Virus record (IMG/VR): IMGVR_UViG_3300011871_000002
Coordinates: 128,001-192,000 of that record
DNA from: a virus
Lineage: Duplodnaviria; Caudoviricetes
Direction: 5' to 3' (one strand)
DNA: 64,000 nt
In this document: piece after piece, positions 46,951 through 55,920 of the stretch
How positions within the stretch are numbered: position 1 is the stretch's first letter
How the letters are laid out: every line of letters starts with the position of its first letter
The notes under the pieces: model-generated
Database searches by the model: none
What the model saw: the letters and a program-made list of their open reading frames with translations, nothing else
Told to the model about the DNA's origin: nothing
Program-made: the position numbers and the translations under genes

Positions 46951-47502
46951 ATGGGTAGTTATGCAAACTTGAAACTGGATGTGAAACTCAAACCCCTCGA
47001 CGAAATCGGCCCTGAAGTCCATAAGCTGCTCGGTATGCTTTTTATAACCGACGAGCACAGCGGGTCGGTAGATATCGCGGATCGACCCTCTTCGTTCTTC
47101 CCGACCCATCCGTTCTGGAAAGAAGAGCGTTTCGACATTATCGGCTACGGCGGTTACGAGCCGCAGTACAGCGATAGGCCGATCGAAGAAGCCAGTTACG
47201 AACATCCACTGTTGAAGATTCGCTGCTCGGTAAAATACGGTCGCACTACTGTCGAGAATTTTCTCGACTGGCTGACGCCGTATGTAGATTCTGTCACCGA
47301 AGCAGGAGACTTTTATTACTGTAGTGTGTCGGATTACGAGTTGACGAAAACAGTCGTGACTTTTGAAACCAATCCTGAAGGAGTGAAACGTTTTCTCTTC
47401 ACCGAACATTACGATCGAGACGGAGCATGGGAAGGTCGCTATACAGAAGAAAGAAAATGGTGGGTGCGCGTCTATCCGCCGATAAAGTTGAAAAATACCT
47501 AA
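46951..47502 (+). CDS. Hypothetical protein
   Basis: 183 aa; SVKY....ENFLDWLTPYV phage motif. Confidence 0.6.
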   Translation: MGSYANLKLDVKLKPLDEIGPEVHKLLGMLFITDEHSGSVDIADRPSSFFPTHPFWKEERFDIIGYGGYEPQYSDRPIEEASYEHPLLKIRCSVKYGRTTVENFLDWLTPYVDSVTEAGDFYYCSVSDYELTKTVVTFETNPEGVKRFLFTEHYDRDGAWEGRYTEERKWWVRVYPPIKLKNT

Positions 47503-47527
47503 GCTAGGTATCGGATAGGAGGGGAAA

Positions 47528-47803
47528 ATGAAAGACCATCAAATCCGAGAAAAGATCAACGAAGTCCACCGTATCTGTTTGACATACCACGGCATGGGGC
47601 AATTGCGCCAACGAATTGCTTCAGCGCTCGTCCCCTGTCTGGGTCGCAAACCTGTCGAACCCAGTAACGAAGAGTTGCTGAAGATGATCGGTGAAAATAC
47701 CGGCAAGCGCATCAATCTTGGACTGGACGATTTGGACCAATACTTGAGTGTAGCGCGCGCCGCGATCAAACTGGCTCGGCAGAAAGGCGAGGAAGAAAGA
47801 TGA
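47528..47803 (+). CDS. Hypothetical protein
   Basis: AGGAGG RBS; MKDHQIRE...QLRQRIA. Confidence 0.6.
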   Translation: MKDHQIREKINEVHRICLTYHGMGQLRQRIASALVPCLGRKPVEPSNEELLKMIGENTGKRINLGLDDLDQYLSVARAAIKLARQKGEEER

Positions 47804-48027
47804 GTGCCTTAGTTTTCGATATCAAAACCGACAAGCTGATGAAGCTGTCCGATATCCTGAAGGTATTGGAAAAGGCGGGTGTGGTATTGTCGCGTGCTAC
47901 CATGGCGCGATGGATTAAGACGGGTTACTTCCCGCGATGCGATTTTCACATTGGTGGAAGTGGCCGCTGGGCGGAGAGTACCTTTAAGCGCTGGCTCGAA
48001 CAATGCGTGAAAGACGCATCGAAATAA
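47800..48027 (+). CDS. AlpA/excisionase-like HTH DNA-binding protein
   Basis: LSRATMARWIKTGYFP....IGG..RWAES....WL. Confidence 0.75.
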   Translation: MSALVFDIKTDKLMKLSDILKVLEKAGVVLSRATMARWIKTGYFPRCDFHIGGSGRWAESTFKRWLEQCVKDASK

Positions 48028-48035
48028 GTTACAAA

Positions 48036-48045
48036 CACATATCAC
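48036..48045 (+). promoter_or_regulatory. Putative early promoter
   Basis: CACATATCAC. Confidence 0.5.
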
Positions 48046-48206
48046 CAGATTGACATAGCGCACCATGTTGCCCTATGCCCCTATTTGGAGGGTCGCTTTC
48101 ATAGCTGTCCTCCAAACCCTCCGAAGACCAAGAATGTGTCTTCGGCTTCAACCCGATCTAACCCACACATGAGTTGGGAGCGATCAACTCTTAATGAGGA
48201 AATACC

Positions 48207-48998
48207 ATGAAATCCATTTACACCCTGACTCTGCCGTTCGGTGCTATTCAATTCACCACGTTGCCTTCCGTGGTGAACGACATCCATGCACTCCCCCACT
48301 ACGCCATGACGCTCAAATACAAGCGTCGGGAAAATGGCGGAGAAGGGCCTGCCGCCGCGGAATTCCCTTTCGGCCTCAAGCTTGACCACCTCGATGAGAA
48401 AGTCCTCAAGACCAACAACATCAAGGCGGGTATATTCAAGATCAATGAGAGCGCATTTGATCTCATCGAGGAAGCAATCCGCTATGCTCTTTCCCAGAAA
48501 GACATTCGAAACATGATCCGTAATGAGGTCGATCCGGATACCAGTGTCGCCGGCATGGAGTATGTTCTGGAGCCTTTCAGTGCTTCGCAGAAGACGGCGT
48601 TCATGACGGCCGCATACGTGGCACTCACCGATCGAGTCAGCCAGATCATGGTAGACTACGGTCCAGCAGTCAACCCTGTCGAGAAAGTCGTCATCGATCT
48701 TGGCAATGGTGTCAAGTTACTCAGCCGACCGACATATCTGCCGGCACCGGAAGCGAACGAGCGCCAGATCCGGGGCACCATCGAAATCAGTGGCAAGCTG
48801 CAAAACTTCACGGTTGGTCGCACGCGCGCCATGCCTTTCAAGAAACACGTGACTTGCGACGTGGTGCAGGACGCATACAGCTACGCGTACGACGAATTGC
48901 AAAAGCTGGCATCCTTCAGGGCACTTAACCTGTCACCGGTCCTGTCGTTCGTGGATGACAACGAAGAACTGCCGTTTGCCGAACCCAGCCAAGAGTAA
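48207..48998 (+). CDS. Hypothetical protein
   Basis: 263 aa, GAGGA RBS. Confidence 0.65.
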   Translation: MKSIYTLTLPFGAIQFTTLPSVVNDIHALPHYAMTLKYKRRENGGEGPAAAEFPFGLKLDHLDEKVLKTNNIKAGIFKINESAFDLIEEAIRYALSQKDIRNMIRNEVDPDTSVAGMEYVLEPFSASQKTAFMTAAYVALTDRVSQIMVDYGPAVNPVEKVVIDLGNGVKLLSRPTYLPAPEANERQIRGTIEISGKLQNFTVGRTRAMPFKKHVTCDVVQDAYSYAYDELQKLASFRALNLSPVLSFVDDNEELPFAEPSQE

Positions 48999-49077
48999 TA
49001 CCCTGTAACTGAAAAGCCGGGTTCGCTCGGCTTTTCTTTATTCCCTGTCCTTTACCTTTACTGCTCTAGGATTACCA

Positions 49078-49755
49078 ATGAATCTGTTCACCCCCATTTT
49101 GACGCCAGCTGGTCGCCTCAACATCGTCACTGACGATATGCCACTGGGACATGTACGCGACATCCCGAATATGCAACTCTACGTCCAACCCAAAGATGTC
49201 AACGACCGTAGTTCCATCATCGCTATTCCCTACCGCCTGATCGGCGTAGGTCGCCGCCGTGATGTGATGGAAAAAGCAGTTAGGCTGCTGCTACCGCTCG
49301 TCCAAGCCCAAATGGAAGAGAAGGCATTCATCGACGAGTACGGCGATTGCCGTTTGGTGACCTTCGGTGGCGAACCCAACGCTCGCCAAGCGCTGGAGCG
49401 CGCTATCCTCGATTCGATGTCAGGTCCAAGTAACATCTTCTACCAAACCCATGGCATCGGCAAGGAACGGACTTACTCGAACCGCTTGGTAATGGCGGTG
49501 ACCAATGGCGTGAACATCTGCACCTACACGGAACCAGAAGACTACGAGAAAATCCTGTCCGCACCCTATAAACCCAACGAAATGGTGGGCACGCTCAGCG
49601 TCTTCGGGCGCGAGTCTTACTGCCTGCTGTCCCACAACTTCTTCCATCTGCGCCGCTTTAGCGGTGACGCGTGGAAAAAGACAGTGGAAGAACGCTTGAA
49701 CGAAATCTTCCCCTTCCTCGTGCCGACCGGTATGTTCCATAGTCTGAAGTTTTAA
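49078..49755 (+). CDS. Hypothetical protein
   Basis: 225 aa, AGGA RBS. Confidence 0.65.
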   Translation: MNLFTPILTPAGRLNIVTDDMPLGHVRDIPNMQLYVQPKDVNDRSSIIAIPYRLIGVGRRRDVMEKAVRLLLPLVQAQMEEKAFIDEYGDCRLVTFGGEPNARQALERAILDSMSGPSNIFYQTHGIGKERTYSNRLVMAVTNGVNICTYTEPEDYEKILSAPYKPNEMVGTLSVFGRESYCLLSHNFFHLRRFSGDAWKKTVEERLNEIFPFLVPTGMFHSLKF

Positions 49756-49863
49756 GCACTACCCGTTTCTCCTCGTGGGCCAGCAATGGCCTGCTTTTAT
49801 AGCCCCAGTGTATCGGGGCTTTTTTTTTTCCTTCTCATTTCGTTGATTGAAGAAAAAGATAAC

Positions 49864-49873
49864 CACATATAAC
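49864..49873 (+). promoter_or_regulatory. Putative early promoter
   Basis: CACATATAAC after an A-tract, downstream of the terminator at 49801-49829. Confidence 0.5.
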
Positions 49874-49930
49874 CAGCAGGAAGTAACGTAGTTATCTTTG
49901 TCTCAATCACTTATTTTGAAGGGAATTACC

Positions 49931-50284
49931 ATGAACACCGCTACCGCCAATACCAATACCAACATCCTCGCTGCTCACGTGGGCGCCGCTACCCTGGCTG
50001 CCGCGATCCCGGCACCGACCATGAAGGACATCATCCCGCTGGGCTTCACCGGGATGCTCATCATGAATGGTGACAACAGTGGCCTGCCGCTGCGCATCCA
50101 GAACGAACTGCGCGAATCGACCATCGAACAGCTGGAGCAGCGCAAGCAAGAAGCTGCCAGCTACGGCGTCGCCGCCTCGCGCTACTTCACGCAAGAAGAC
50201 CAAGCCAAGCTCGACAAGCTGGTCGCCGAACATGCCGCCGCGAACAGCAAGAGCGGCAACCAAGCAGCACAAAGCAATCCGTAA
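49931..50284 (+). CDS. Hypothetical protein
   Basis: AAGGGA RBS before ATG 49931. Confidence 0.6.
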   Translation: MNTATANTNTNILAAHVGAATLAAAIPAPTMKDIIPLGFTGMLIMNGDNSGLPLRIQNELRESTIEQLEQRKQEAASYGVAASRYFTQEDQAKLDKLVAEHAAANSKSGNQAAQSNP

Positions 50285-50389
50285 TACCGGTGCCGATGAG
50301 TTAATCTCATCGGATACCCTTTGGCGTAAATCAGAAACCAAACATGGAGGCCATTTTTTCTTGGCCTCCTAACAAGAAGGAGAAAAGAA

Positions 50390-50971
50390 ATGAGTAATAT
50401 CGACCAGATTCACCACAAGGCTGTCAAGGACAAGATCAAGCAAGGTATCGCCGAGCGCGGCTACCAGTGCGTGACCTTCATCTCGGACAACAACGGCGAC
50501 CGGCATCCGTACCACTACACGGTAGGTCTGTCGGCCATGGGTTACGCCGAGATTTTCATCTCGGGTCGTCTGCCTACCACCGTCGCGTACGCCTTCATCG
50601 ACAAGATGGTGGCGCGCTGGAAAGAAGAAAAGGGCGTGGTGCTCGGCAAGTTCGGCCCATTCAAACGGGTCGTGGAAAAGTACGCCCACAAAATGGTCAG
50701 CCGCCGGGCCACGCTCGTGGGGGAGTTTCCAGAACTGGCAAGGCAACGTAACGGCGGCGCTATCCCGATGATGACGGTCTGGGTGTCGACAGACATGCGA
50801 CGCGACATCGACCCGCATTTCATGCAGTTCCTGTACGAGCAGTATCCGGACAATAAGAACATTCCGGTGGTACAGCTGCACTGGCCAGACGACTACGGGC
50901 GCCTGCCGAACTCGCCGGACTACACCACGGACGAGGAGTATCTGCAAGAACTGCTGCCAGCTAAGCAGTAA
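50390..50971 (+). CDS. DUF4262-like protein
   Basis: I...G....I......YHYTVGL...G..EIFISG...VVQL.WPD..GRLP. Confidence 0.7.
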   Translation: MSNIDQIHHKAVKDKIKQGIAERGYQCVTFISDNNGDRHPYHYTVGLSAMGYAEIFISGRLPTTVAYAFIDKMVARWKEEKGVVLGKFGPFKRVVEKYAHKMVSRRATLVGEFPELARQRNGGAIPMMTVWVSTDMRRDIDPHFMQFLYEQYPDNKNIPVVQLHWPDDYGRLPNSPDYTTDEEYLQELLPAKQ

Positions 50972-51108
50972 AAATACTGGCTCAGTACAGCTATTGAATA
51001 CTGGCTACCATGCGGTAGCCGTTTCCCACCACCTGTTTATTGGAGTACGCGTTTATGCGAGGTAACAGGTGGATTTTTTTCTTGTTGTAACCCATGAGGA
51101 GTTTTACC

Positions 51109-51618
51109 ATGACGTCTGTCTATAAAGCCACTTCCCGTCACGAAGCGCGCATGCCGTTTAGCCTGACCAACACGGTCAACATCATCGCAGCGATCGCTAA
51201 CCGTAACGACACCCTGAGCCGCATCGGCGAAGCACCGTCTTCTGGTCCGAAGCGCCGTGGTTCAGTTGTTCAGGTCAGTACCCATGTCGTTGCTGCGATC
51301 TTCGGACAAAACATCGCTTTCCGGTACTTCGAGACGATGAGTAACCCAGCGGTGCAAGATTTCTTCGATAAACTCGATACCCGGTTGCTGAGTGTGGGTA
51401 TCGCTGTCTCGCGCGGTAAATACTTCTGGACCATCTCGAAGTTCCCCTTGAATCCGGATGGCACGGTATCCGACGAATATACTTACAGCTTGGAAGACCT
51501 GTGCAAACAATCGCCCAATGGTGTGATCCTACAACTGACGCCCATTACCCAGCCGCGTCCTTCGGAACACTCGATTGTCTCGGGCACCCAGTATGTGACG
51601 ATCACCCTGCGTAAATAA
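51109..51618 (+). CDS. Hypothetical protein
   Basis: GAGGAG RBS before ATG 51109. Confidence 0.6.
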   Translation: MTSVYKATSRHEARMPFSLTNTVNIIAAIANRNDTLSRIGEAPSSGPKRRGSVVQVSTHVVAAIFGQNIAFRYFETMSNPAVQDFFDKLDTRLLSVGIAVSRGKYFWTISKFPLNPDGTVSDEYTYSLEDLCKQSPNGVILQLTPITQPRPSEHSIVSGTQYVTITLRK

Positions 51619-51663
51619 TCAACCACAACTAGGACGAGGGGAGGTAACTCCCCTTGCAATGCT

Positions 51664-51900
51664 ATGCTCATGGATATCCCTGTTCTCCCGGCCGACGGTG
51701 AGAGTGTTGAAGAAGTCGAAGTCGCACAAGACCATCCAGGTTTCCGCCCACCGGATGGCCGCTGGATTTGCCGCTGCGGCACCGGCAACAAAGCAGCCGC
51801 GGAACGTTGCGTGAGCAACGCCTGCGGCCAGCTCCACCGGCGTCATTCGCTCCAGTGGTTGGCAACGGACAGGGGTTCGAAGCATTACGCAGGCAAGTAA
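51664..51900 (+). CDS. Small zinc-ribbon protein
   Basis: WICRCG..N......C....CG. Confidence 0.55.
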   Translation: MLMDIPVLPADGESVEEVEVAQDHPGFRPPDGRWICRCGTGNKAAAERCVSNACGQLHRRHSLQWLATDRGSKHYAGK

Positions 51901-52002
51901 GGCATCGGTGCCGGGATAAAACCCGGCACTTATGCCGGATTCGCAAAGATTACTAGCTTGACCTAACTATTGGATTGTAGGAGCACACGAGGAATGAACA
52001 TC

Positions 52003-52932
52003 ATGAAACCAAACAGCAACCCGAAATTGAGAATTTTTGTTGACAGCCTGCTTGCTCGGTTGCAACCCCATTCGGTACGTCTGTGCCGTAACTTTGTCGT
52101 CAACCATTACGCCATCAACGACACCTATGCTTTTTCTTTCGAAGAAGACCCCACTTCCCCCTACGCTACGCCGAGTCGCGTGGTACAGGCGTCGTGGGAT
52201 GACAGCGTGCCCGAACAACCCATCAAGCTCATCTTCTTGAACGAGCGCGGCCCGTACACGGAAGGCATCCCGCACTCCATGCCGATGGCGCGCTGCGCTG
52301 GCGTACAGTCGATGAACGTCGCTGTGTGCGTAACGACGTATCTCAGTACTGGACAATTCGCACCGGTACTCAAGTACGGTCTTACGGAGCGCAAAGGTGC
52401 CGCACCCGTGATCCGACCTCTGTCAGAAGAACAGGTCAAGGCCAACCGCGACGCACTGCGCCAAAGCCGGGCGAAACCCGCCCCGAAAGCACTGGGCATC
52501 GGGGAACGCATTATTCTGGCAGTAACGAAGTACCGTCTGTACCACCTCTGGAATCCGATCGAAAGCGAGAAGTTCCCGGAAGTGAACATTGACGATTATC
52601 TCGGAGACATGAACATGTGCGGTGTGCCGCGTTTCGAGTCGCAGCTCACGCAGAACCACGTGAACACGATCCGCAACGCCACCACGGTCGATCCTGCTAG
52701 GGCGATCATTCCAGAAAGCCTGCGCTCCGACCTGCGCAAGAAAACGAAGGTGCTCCACATGCAACTGCCAAGCCGTGTGAAGCACATTCTGTTGTCCAAC
52801 GACCTCTACGTCGCTGGGCAGCTCACATGCCGTACTGTTGCAGAAATGAAGAAGCTGCGCGGTCTCGGTAAGTTGTCGTTGCAGCAAATCCAGAGCGAAT
52901 TGACGCGACTCAATCTCGCCTTTAGATCGTAA
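52003..52932 (+). CDS. Protein with a C-terminal RNA polymerase alpha-CTD-like domain
   Basis: C-terminus LHMQLPSRVKHILLSNDLYVAGQLTCRTVAEMKKLRGLGKLSLQQIQSEL..LNL matches the alpha-CTD pattern L.L.VR..N.L....I...G.L.......L......G.KSL.EI...L. Confidence 0.7.
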   Translation: MKPNSNPKLRIFVDSLLARLQPHSVRLCRNFVVNHYAINDTYAFSFEEDPTSPYATPSRVVQASWDDSVPEQPIKLIFLNERGPYTEGIPHSMPMARCAGVQSMNVAVCVTTYLSTGQFAPVLKYGLTERKGAAPVIRPLSEEQVKANRDALRQSRAKPAPKALGIGERIILAVTKYRLYHLWNPIESEKFPEVNIDDYLGDMNMCGVPRFESQLTQNHVNTIRNATTVDPARAIIPESLRSDLRKKTKVLHMQLPSRVKHILLSNDLYVAGQLTCRTVAEMKKLRGLGKLSLQQIQSELTRLNLAFRS

Positions 52933-52956
52933 CTAGAAAAGAAAGAGGAAAGAAAC

Positions 52957-53292
52957 ATGGAACGTGAGAACGAAAATCAAAAGCCCAGTGACGTTGGCGA
53001 AGAAGTTCGCAAGTTGTGGCTCGACACAATGGGTGATGCGTTCTTCGATGAACTGAGTGTCATCCTGAACAAACGCCGCAGCCAGCTGAACTGCAACAAC
53101 AAGGCTGACCCCGACAAGCGTTACGAGGTCGTCACCTGGCGGGTCGATAAGGAAGGCTTTGCCGTCGACCACCACCCCGTGAGCGGCCACGCGGCGCTGT
53201 ACGAAGCAGAAGCCGCCCAGCAGCGTCTCAACACCCGCGCCATCTACGCCGACATCGTCGCCCTGCAACGCAAACACAATCTCGTGAAATAA
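52957..53292 (+). CDS. Hypothetical protein
   Basis: GAGGA RBS. Confidence 0.6.
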   Translation: MERENENQKPSDVGEEVRKLWLDTMGDAFFDELSVILNKRRSQLNCNNKADPDKRYEVVTWRVDKEGFAVDHHPVSGHAALYEAEAAQQRLNTRAIYADIVALQRKHNLVK

Positions 53293-53302
53293 GGAAAAGA
53301 AC

Positions 53303-53788
53303 ATGAAAAACATCAACGTCACCACTTTCGCTAACAACAAGCCGGTCCCGCAACACGTCGTCGGCATTACTGCCGCCATCATCGAAGAGAGCAAAAGCCT
53401 CAGTGTCGGCGCGCTGAACATCGAGCACCACTACCAAGGCATGGCCACGACCCGTTACTCGTTCGAGGGCGTGCCGGGCGACTGGTTCAAGATGGAAAAG
53501 AATTCCCCCCCGGTGGCTGTCTCGCTCTCACACATCACCTATCCAGAAGAAACGCTGGCCGTGACCTACGAAGACCGTCGCCGGCCGAATATCGTGCCGA
53601 CGGTCGGCGGCGCGGTGACCACCTACCCGACCGTCACGCGGCACTACCAGCCAAAAGCCTATCTCGGCCGCAATGCGCTGAACCAGTCCAACAGCCGCGT
53701 CTACGAGACGCAGGTGACGCGCCTGGATGAAGCCAACATCCACACCGACATCTTCCACTTCCTGAACACCGGCGAATTGCCGAAGTAA
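53303..53788 (+). CDS. Hypothetical protein
   Basis: AAGGA RBS. Confidence 0.6.
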   Translation: MKNINVTTFANNKPVPQHVVGITAAIIEESKSLSVGALNIEHHYQGMATTRYSFEGVPGDWFKMEKNSPPVAVSLSHITYPEETLAVTYEDRRRPNIVPTVGGAVTTYPTVTRHYQPKAYLGRNALNQSNSRVYETQVTRLDEANIHTDIFHFLNTGELPK

Positions 53789-53822
53789 GGTTTTATCCAC
53801 TGTCGTAACAAGGAGTCTTTCC

Positions 53823-54242
53823 ATGCATCAGCAAGAAAACCAAATCACCATCGTCGTCTCCGGCCCGAATGCTTCGGGCAAAACTGCCATCGTGGGCCTG
53901 ATCGCGGACGTGCTCGTCCACGCAGCCAAGTTCAGTAACGTGAGCATTGCCTATTCGGAACAGACGCGCGAGACCATCAAAGAAAAGGTCGGCGCCCTGA
54001 TCGACGGCAAGATGGACCAAGTGCTGAATAACCCGGTCGTCATTACCGAAACGAACACCTTGGTCAGCACGAAAGACATGGGTCCTCCGTACATGGAGAA
54101 TGGTTTTATCGGTCACTACAGGCGTGGCATCAGCATGGCTACCGTCGTGTGGTCGAAGACGAAAGAAACGCTACCGACAGGTGTTGACCTGAAGCTCAAC
54201 ACCGAAGACTCGCTCGCACCACGCGACTCGCCAAGTTACTGA
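53823..54242 (+). CDS. Hypothetical protein with P-loop-like motif
   Basis: VSGPNASGKT. Confidence 0.55.
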   Translation: MHQQENQITIVVSGPNASGKTAIVGLIADVLVHAAKFSNVSIAYSEQTRETIKEKVGALIDGKMDQVLNNPVVITETNTLVSTKDMGPPYMENGFIGHYRRGISMATVVWSKTKETLPTGVDLKLNTEDSLAPRDSPSY

Positions 54243-54275
54243 TTCATTCAAGTAGCTACTCAAAATAATTACAGT

Positions 54276-54285
54276 CGCATATCAC
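54276..54285 (+). promoter_or_regulatory. Putative early promoter
   Basis: CGCATATCAC after AAAATAATT. Confidence 0.45.
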
Positions 54286-54350
54286 CCAGCGGTAAGGAAA
54301 AACTCCTTGCCGCTTTTCATTAACCATACAAGAAAGAAGGGAGAAGTATC

Positions 54351-54584
54351 ATGGCAATGACTATCGCTAATGGCGATGCATTCCGTAAAGCGTGCGCGGA
54401 AAACAACATCACCGAACTCAAGCTCGCTTTTGGCATCGCAAGCTATGTCGATAAAAACGTGACCTCGGCATCGCAGTGCGCCACCAGCGTGCGCAACCTG
54501 CGCAAAGAACTGGGCCGTGCGGCGATGTCGGACAAGGTGCTGGCCAAGGGGCTGGCAATCATCGAACTGGCAAAGAAGGAGTAA
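54351..54584 (+). CDS. Hypothetical protein
   Basis: GGGAG RBS, 77 aa. Confidence 0.6.
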   Translation: MAMTIANGDAFRKACAENNITELKLAFGIASYVDKNVTSASQCATSVRNLRKELGRAAMSDKVLAKGLAIIELAKKE

Positions 54585-54588
54585 GAAC

Positions 54589-54918
54589 GTGGCCAACCAA
54601 GAAACCATCAACCTGCTGGCACGCGCCGCTGCCGCACTCGAAACCCCGGATGACCTGTCGGCGGACGAAAAGACCGAATTGGCATCCGACCTGCGCGCAG
54701 CTGAAGAAGAAATGCGTGACGAACTGGGTGGCAACAAGCTGCATCTGCGCGCCATCGTCGACATCAAGTACAATCTCGATGGTACTGAAGTCGGTACGTT
54801 ACGCGAGTATCTGGAAAGAGCCATCACCAATATGTTCGGTGAGGGCTACATCACCCGCGATACCCCGGCGACGGTTGATACCTGGGAAATTGTTACCCAG
54901 ATCGTCATCACCGAGTAA
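54589..54918 (+). CDS. Hypothetical protein
   Basis: AAGGAG RBS plus GTG 54589. Confidence 0.55.
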   Translation: MANQETINLLARAAAALETPDDLSADEKTELASDLRAAEEEMRDELGGNKLHLRAIVDIKYNLDGTEVGTLREYLERAITNMFGEGYITRDTPATVDTWEIVTQIVITE

Positions 54919-54952
54919 CACCCCATCAACATTAAGAAAGAGGAGAAATACC

Positions 54953-55822
54953 ATGAACACCAATACCCGTATGATCCCAGTTTCCTTCCACGTCGCCAAA
55001 CGTTCGTTCGGTGAATTCCACTTCTGCCAACTGCCGCCGCTCGGTAGCATCAAAACCTTCGAGCAGTTGCCGGATTTCGTGATGCCGTTCGTCAACGCGC
55101 GCGACGGCAAGCATGAACTCGTCGCGGTCTACATCGAGAAGATGGAACCGGCCCTGTACCGTGACCACTCCAGTGCGATCGTCGGCAAAGTCCTCATCAC
55201 GGAAATGGTGGGCACCCTCGCCGACGCGCGCGAGATCCCCGTCTCCACCCGAGTGGAAGCGCTCCCGGTACAATACCAGCGCCACCTGCGGCCGCTCCAG
55301 CGCCCAGAAGGCGGGTTCGCGGCCCAGGCCGCTGTCGGCAACGCTGCCAGTTATTCGGCACTGGCCGAGCGCGAGCAGACGGAATTCTGGATGGACGCCA
55401 TGGCCAAGGCATTCGTGGCCGAGGTCGATCACATCATGCACAACCGCGACCACACCCGTCATTTCGCTCCGGATGTCACCATCCGCACGGTCGACGGGAA
55501 GCTGGCCCATATGACGGTCGAACGGGAAGCCTACAAGGTCGAGTTCTATGTCAGCAAGCAGGCACCGCAAGTAAGGGAGGTATACGCCAACCGGGTACCT
55601 GGCCCGAACTACAACGGCTACAACGGCCGCCAGGAAGTCCAGTTCGAGCATGCCGATCTCTCGCTCACCGCCAGGATCGACTGCTACTCGGGCGACTACC
55701 TGAAGAAACTCATGGCTGACGAAAACATCGAAGCCAACGTCAAGGCCGTGTTCTACCTCGGCCTGGGTGAAGCCAAGGGTATCATCGACGACATCAGCGC
55801 GGCGCAGCACTTCGGCGTGTAA
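54953..55822 (+). CDS. Hypothetical protein
   Basis: GAGGAG RBS before ATG 54953; the track start at 54476 is an over-extension. Confidence 0.65.
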   Translation: MNTNTRMIPVSFHVAKRSFGEFHFCQLPPLGSIKTFEQLPDFVMPFVNARDGKHELVAVYIEKMEPALYRDHSSAIVGKVLITEMVGTLADAREIPVSTRVEALPVQYQRHLRPLQRPEGGFAAQAAVGNAASYSALAEREQTEFWMDAMAKAFVAEVDHIMHNRDHTRHFAPDVTIRTVDGKLAHMTVEREAYKVEFYVSKQAPQVREVYANRVPGPNYNGYNGRQEVQFEHADLSLTARIDCYSGDYLKKLMADENIEANVKAVFYLGLGEAKGIIDDISAAQHFGV

Positions 55823-55920
55823 CCACGTCACGCATCAACGCAAAGAGGGCTGCGGTCCTCTTTGTTTTTTGTTATCGACTCAACAATCAAGACAACAATC
55901 AAGAAAGAAGGGAAAGCAAC

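Noticed and set aside
54476-54952. N-terminal extension of the 448-aa track ORF
   Set aside because: It overlaps two RBS-supported genes; the real start is ATG 54953.
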